From Stegostoma tigrinum (lineage: Eukaryota), in NCBI RefSeq assembly GCF_030684315.1, contig NC_081365.1, positions 39,089,830 to 39,153,829 of the forward strand: a stretch of DNA of 64,000 bases. The letters run 5' to 3'. Within the stretch, counting starts at the first letter, position 1; every line of letters starts with the position of its first letter. Under the pieces are notes generated by a model, which saw nothing but the letters and a program-made list of their open reading frames with translations, had not been told where the DNA came from and did not search any database. Both the position numbers and the translations under genes were made by a program. Shown in pieces: positions 60,721 through 64,000 of this stretch.

Positions 60721-62145
60721 TCCACCTCATATGATCCCGATTTTGTGGCACCTCTTGTGTGGCAACTACAATGTTTTCTGAGAATCTAAAGAAGTGAAGC
60801 CAAGGCAAACAAACACATTAATGAAATTAAATGCATCTTGGAGTCTAGTAAGTGGGGAGAGAGGAAAGGTTGGACTCGAGGAAAGTATTTATTTCCTTTT
60901 ACGCTTTCTGCCCTGTCAGAATTAGCTCTTGCTCTGCTGCAGGGGATGGATTAGCTTTTTGCTGAGTATCTGGTAAGTGATTAACATCTATTCTATTCTT
61001 AATTTTAACAGTATAAATTCGTAGTAACATTAATAAAATATATCAAAAGGAATATGTGTATAACATGATTAAACAAGTTTAAAACAATTAAGGATTGGAG
61101 ACCAGGTGAAATGTCAAGGCTGAAGTGTGTGGGAGCCTCTGGATGCTGTTGTGGCCCAGGACAAACACATCAGCAAGCGTTTCAAGTTTTAGATGCTTTG
61201 GCTCAGAGTTTATGAGCTGGAGGCTGAAGGAATGTTACTAAGGTTCTTGGTATCAAGAATAGTCAAACCATTTCGGATAAAGTCTTCGAATATGGTCAGG
61301 GACAGGAATATGTGAGCGTAAGGTTGGCGGGGGACGGGGCGTCACTGATAAGGGAAGTCAGAATGAAGTGTGGGCACTGTAATTGTCCAATCTGTCTGAA
61401 GCGTTCTTAGTTTGGGTGAATGCGCGGTCTGTATGTTCAAATTCAAAACTAGAGAGGAATATTTTGAAATTACGGTCAGCTGTTTCCAACAGATTAAGAG
61501 ATTTCTTTTTAATCAGAAGATTGTGTAACTTTGAAATTCCTGACCTTAGAATGCGGATCAGAATTACCTTATTGAATGGTGGAGTAGGCATCGGGGACCA
61601 AACTGTATATTTCTGCTACCATTTCATATGTGTTTATGAAATTCATGGCCTGGTTAATTGTCTTACTGTGAGAAACAAAAGAAAAGTGATTTCAATCCAT
61701 CAGCACTTATTTTCCTTGAAATCTTATTGCTTCCAACACGAACTGTTCATGCTGTTCAACAATGCACAGAATTTCTAGCAAGTTCAAATGGACACTTACG
61801 TAAGGTCTAATTAATCCGAAATGATGGTTTTTAATCTCTTCTCATGTCGTAATGGACATTTACCTCTCACTTCGTATCAAGTACTGCCGGTAGTCGTTGA
61901 AAAACAACCAACCTAGTGTTTAATTCTTATTTTAAGTTAATTAAATTGTGTTGAATTAGTTCTAAAATGTATATCAAAATTACTCTGCAGCACATCATAT
62001 CTCAAAAGTGAGAAAACCTATAACTGAAAGGAATTTATTTTACAAATATAATGAACATACGAAAGCGTGTGGTGCTTATATGACAGTATAGTGGCGTGTG
62101 CAATTCCGAGGTTGTGAGTTCAAGGTTCACCTGGAGCATTTCAAG

Positions 62146-62370
62146 GGCGGCACAGTGGCTCAGTGGTTACCGCTGCTTCCTCCCTGCTCCAGGTACCCGG
62201 GTTCGATTCCACCCTCGGTTGTCGGTGAGGAGTTTTCACATTCTCCAGTTGCACGGTCAACCGTGGTTTCCACCCACAGTCTAAAGATGTGCAGACTAGG
62301 TGGATTAGCCGTGCTAAATTGCTGGTAGTGGGTGGGTTGTCGGGGGATGTTCGGAGTGGATTCTATGTTA
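62146..62370 (+). mobile_element. HE1-type V-SINE, diverged
   Basis: gggcggcacagtggctcagtggtta...ggttcgattcc head and an HE1 core. Confidence 0.8.
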
Positions 62371-64000
62371 AAATATAATGCAAATAGCATACCTGATACT
62401 ATGTATAAATCTATCACTACATTGATAGCTAGTAAGGACAAAAGTGTAGAATTAAAGGTGATGACTGGATACAGGTCAGTGACCTCCAACAATTATTTCT
62501 AGGATAAGCAACTTTGTCAGTTTGACATGAGAAATTTCCAGAAAAATCGAAGTGTGAAGTTTCAGATCCAAATATCCATGTGCAAAAAGTAGTGCTCAGA
62601 GGAGTCTGTTACATGCATGAGTATTTTTTAATGAGATGCACTGTACAACACAAGTCTGCACTGAGTAGAAATATGCCCAAATGGAGAGCTAATCAATAGC
62701 TGGGACTGTAGAGAGATTAGTGGCAGACTGAATAAAAAAACTGAGCAGATAGGTAGTTGGACATTTAACCAAACATAAAAGAAATTGACTAGTGTAGCAG
62801 CACATTGATAACAATCTTTGAGGCCGAGGTTTGGAATTAATGGGGTTTTTATGCACTACTAATAGATCTTTGTTTACCTTAGATTGCTGAGTTATAAAGC
62901 AGTGAATATAATGCAACATTAAGATTTGCTAAAAGTTTCTGAAATTACTTTAAATTTAAAGATAAACAACCATAGCTTAAAGAGGTTTATGGTTTTTATT
63001 TGAGCTTTGAGCAGTTCTATGAAGTTGTTTGACAAAGGTGCTTGAATGGCAATCTGCTGTGGAGAAGGGAAGGACATAATGAAACTAGATTACCTTGGAG
63101 TAAAGAATTCATAATAGTACTAGACAAGAAGTTGTGATAAAATCCTGAAAAAATGATTTAAAGTATGAATAAAATAACTCCAGGAAGAAATTATCAGCAT
63201 TTCCAATCTAGAAGTTAAAATAACAATCAAATTGACTGAGGTGTTAGAGAAAGGGATTCTGGTACAAGTACTATATGCATGATGTTTTTGAGTACTATAC
63301 AAGATAAATCATTGGGTGCAGTAACGGGTATGAAACAAAATTGATGTTTTTCTTCTCAAATTGTAAAGGAGTGTGTTGGGATTAATGGGGTTAGTTTTGC
63401 TGTGTATTTAAAAATGTGTTACAAGTATATAGTTTGGTTTAATCTATACATCTTGATTTTGTTTATGGATAAACTCGTTTTTTGTTTTAAAGCAAAATCT
63501 CTAGCAATGTGTGCTTATGTTTCAGCGAGAGATAACTTCGTTACATCTAAATGAAAACAAAGTAGAATTTGATCAAACAAGTCAGGTTTCAATCTGGTTT
63601 CTGATTTGTCCAGGAGTAATATTAGTTGGGATCACAATTTTTCCAAGCAATTTTAGCATGCAACTCAGTCAGTGTAAACAGGTAAATTTACAACTGTGTT
63701 AACCTAGACCTATCAAACTAAATGTACAAGTAACAGATTTACTTTAAGCACTACTTTGTGTGCATGGCAGTTTCAAACTTAAAATTCACACTCCAATTAT
63801 AAACATTTCCTTTTGTGAACCGTAGAATTTTGGCTAATATGGAATTACCAAATTTATGGTATTATTCTATAAATTATTTTAGATAGTGATTCAAATACTA
63901 CCTACATTTTCAATGCCTAATTTTTAGGACCAGTAGTTTAAACTTAGCTCACTGTTTTACTATGACTGAAAGTTTACAAATGCTGGAAAGGTATCCTGTT

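Noticed and set aside
1-64000. CRISPR arrays, rRNA, bona fide tRNA genes or prokaryotic systems
   Set aside because: None seen. The tRNA-like boxes belong to SINE heads, and the many short ORFs are repeat-derived or spurious.

Overview
This is eukaryotic genomic DNA, very probably from a shark (cartilaginous fish). The basis is HE1-type V-SINEs, HER1/CR1 LINEs and abundant Penelope-like elements (PLEs). The one conserved gene is a complete six-coding-exon TRIM45 on the minus strand (38746->15653, about 565 aa; RING, two B-boxes, coiled coil, filamin repeat, Cys/His-rich tail). It is flanked by a small cluster of non-rearranging, germline-joined 'VJ' immunoglobulin-superfamily genes that the ORF track shows only partly. 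(1) A minus-strand NKp30-like leader/VJ gene (6308->5815) has a probable short terminal exon at 3657->3599. (2) A plus-strand leader/VJ/short-tail gene (54480->55682) is predicted to be a secreted single V domain with an unpaired Cys. (3) A minus-strand pseudogene lies head-to-head with gene 2 and has antigen-receptor-like VJ-C1-TM-cytoplasmic architecture (52466->45147); its V exon is split by a Penelope insertion with a 15-bp target-site duplication. Much of the remainder is repeat: CR1, L2, RTE and Gypsy fragments, SINEs, young 5'-truncated PLEs, and many short palindromic PLE derivatives. The PLE-related repeats carry minimal hammerhead-ribozyme cores of at least three sequence families. 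All gene models were built by eye from splice signals and reading-frame phase, with no database or RNA evidence. Repeat boundaries are approximate.
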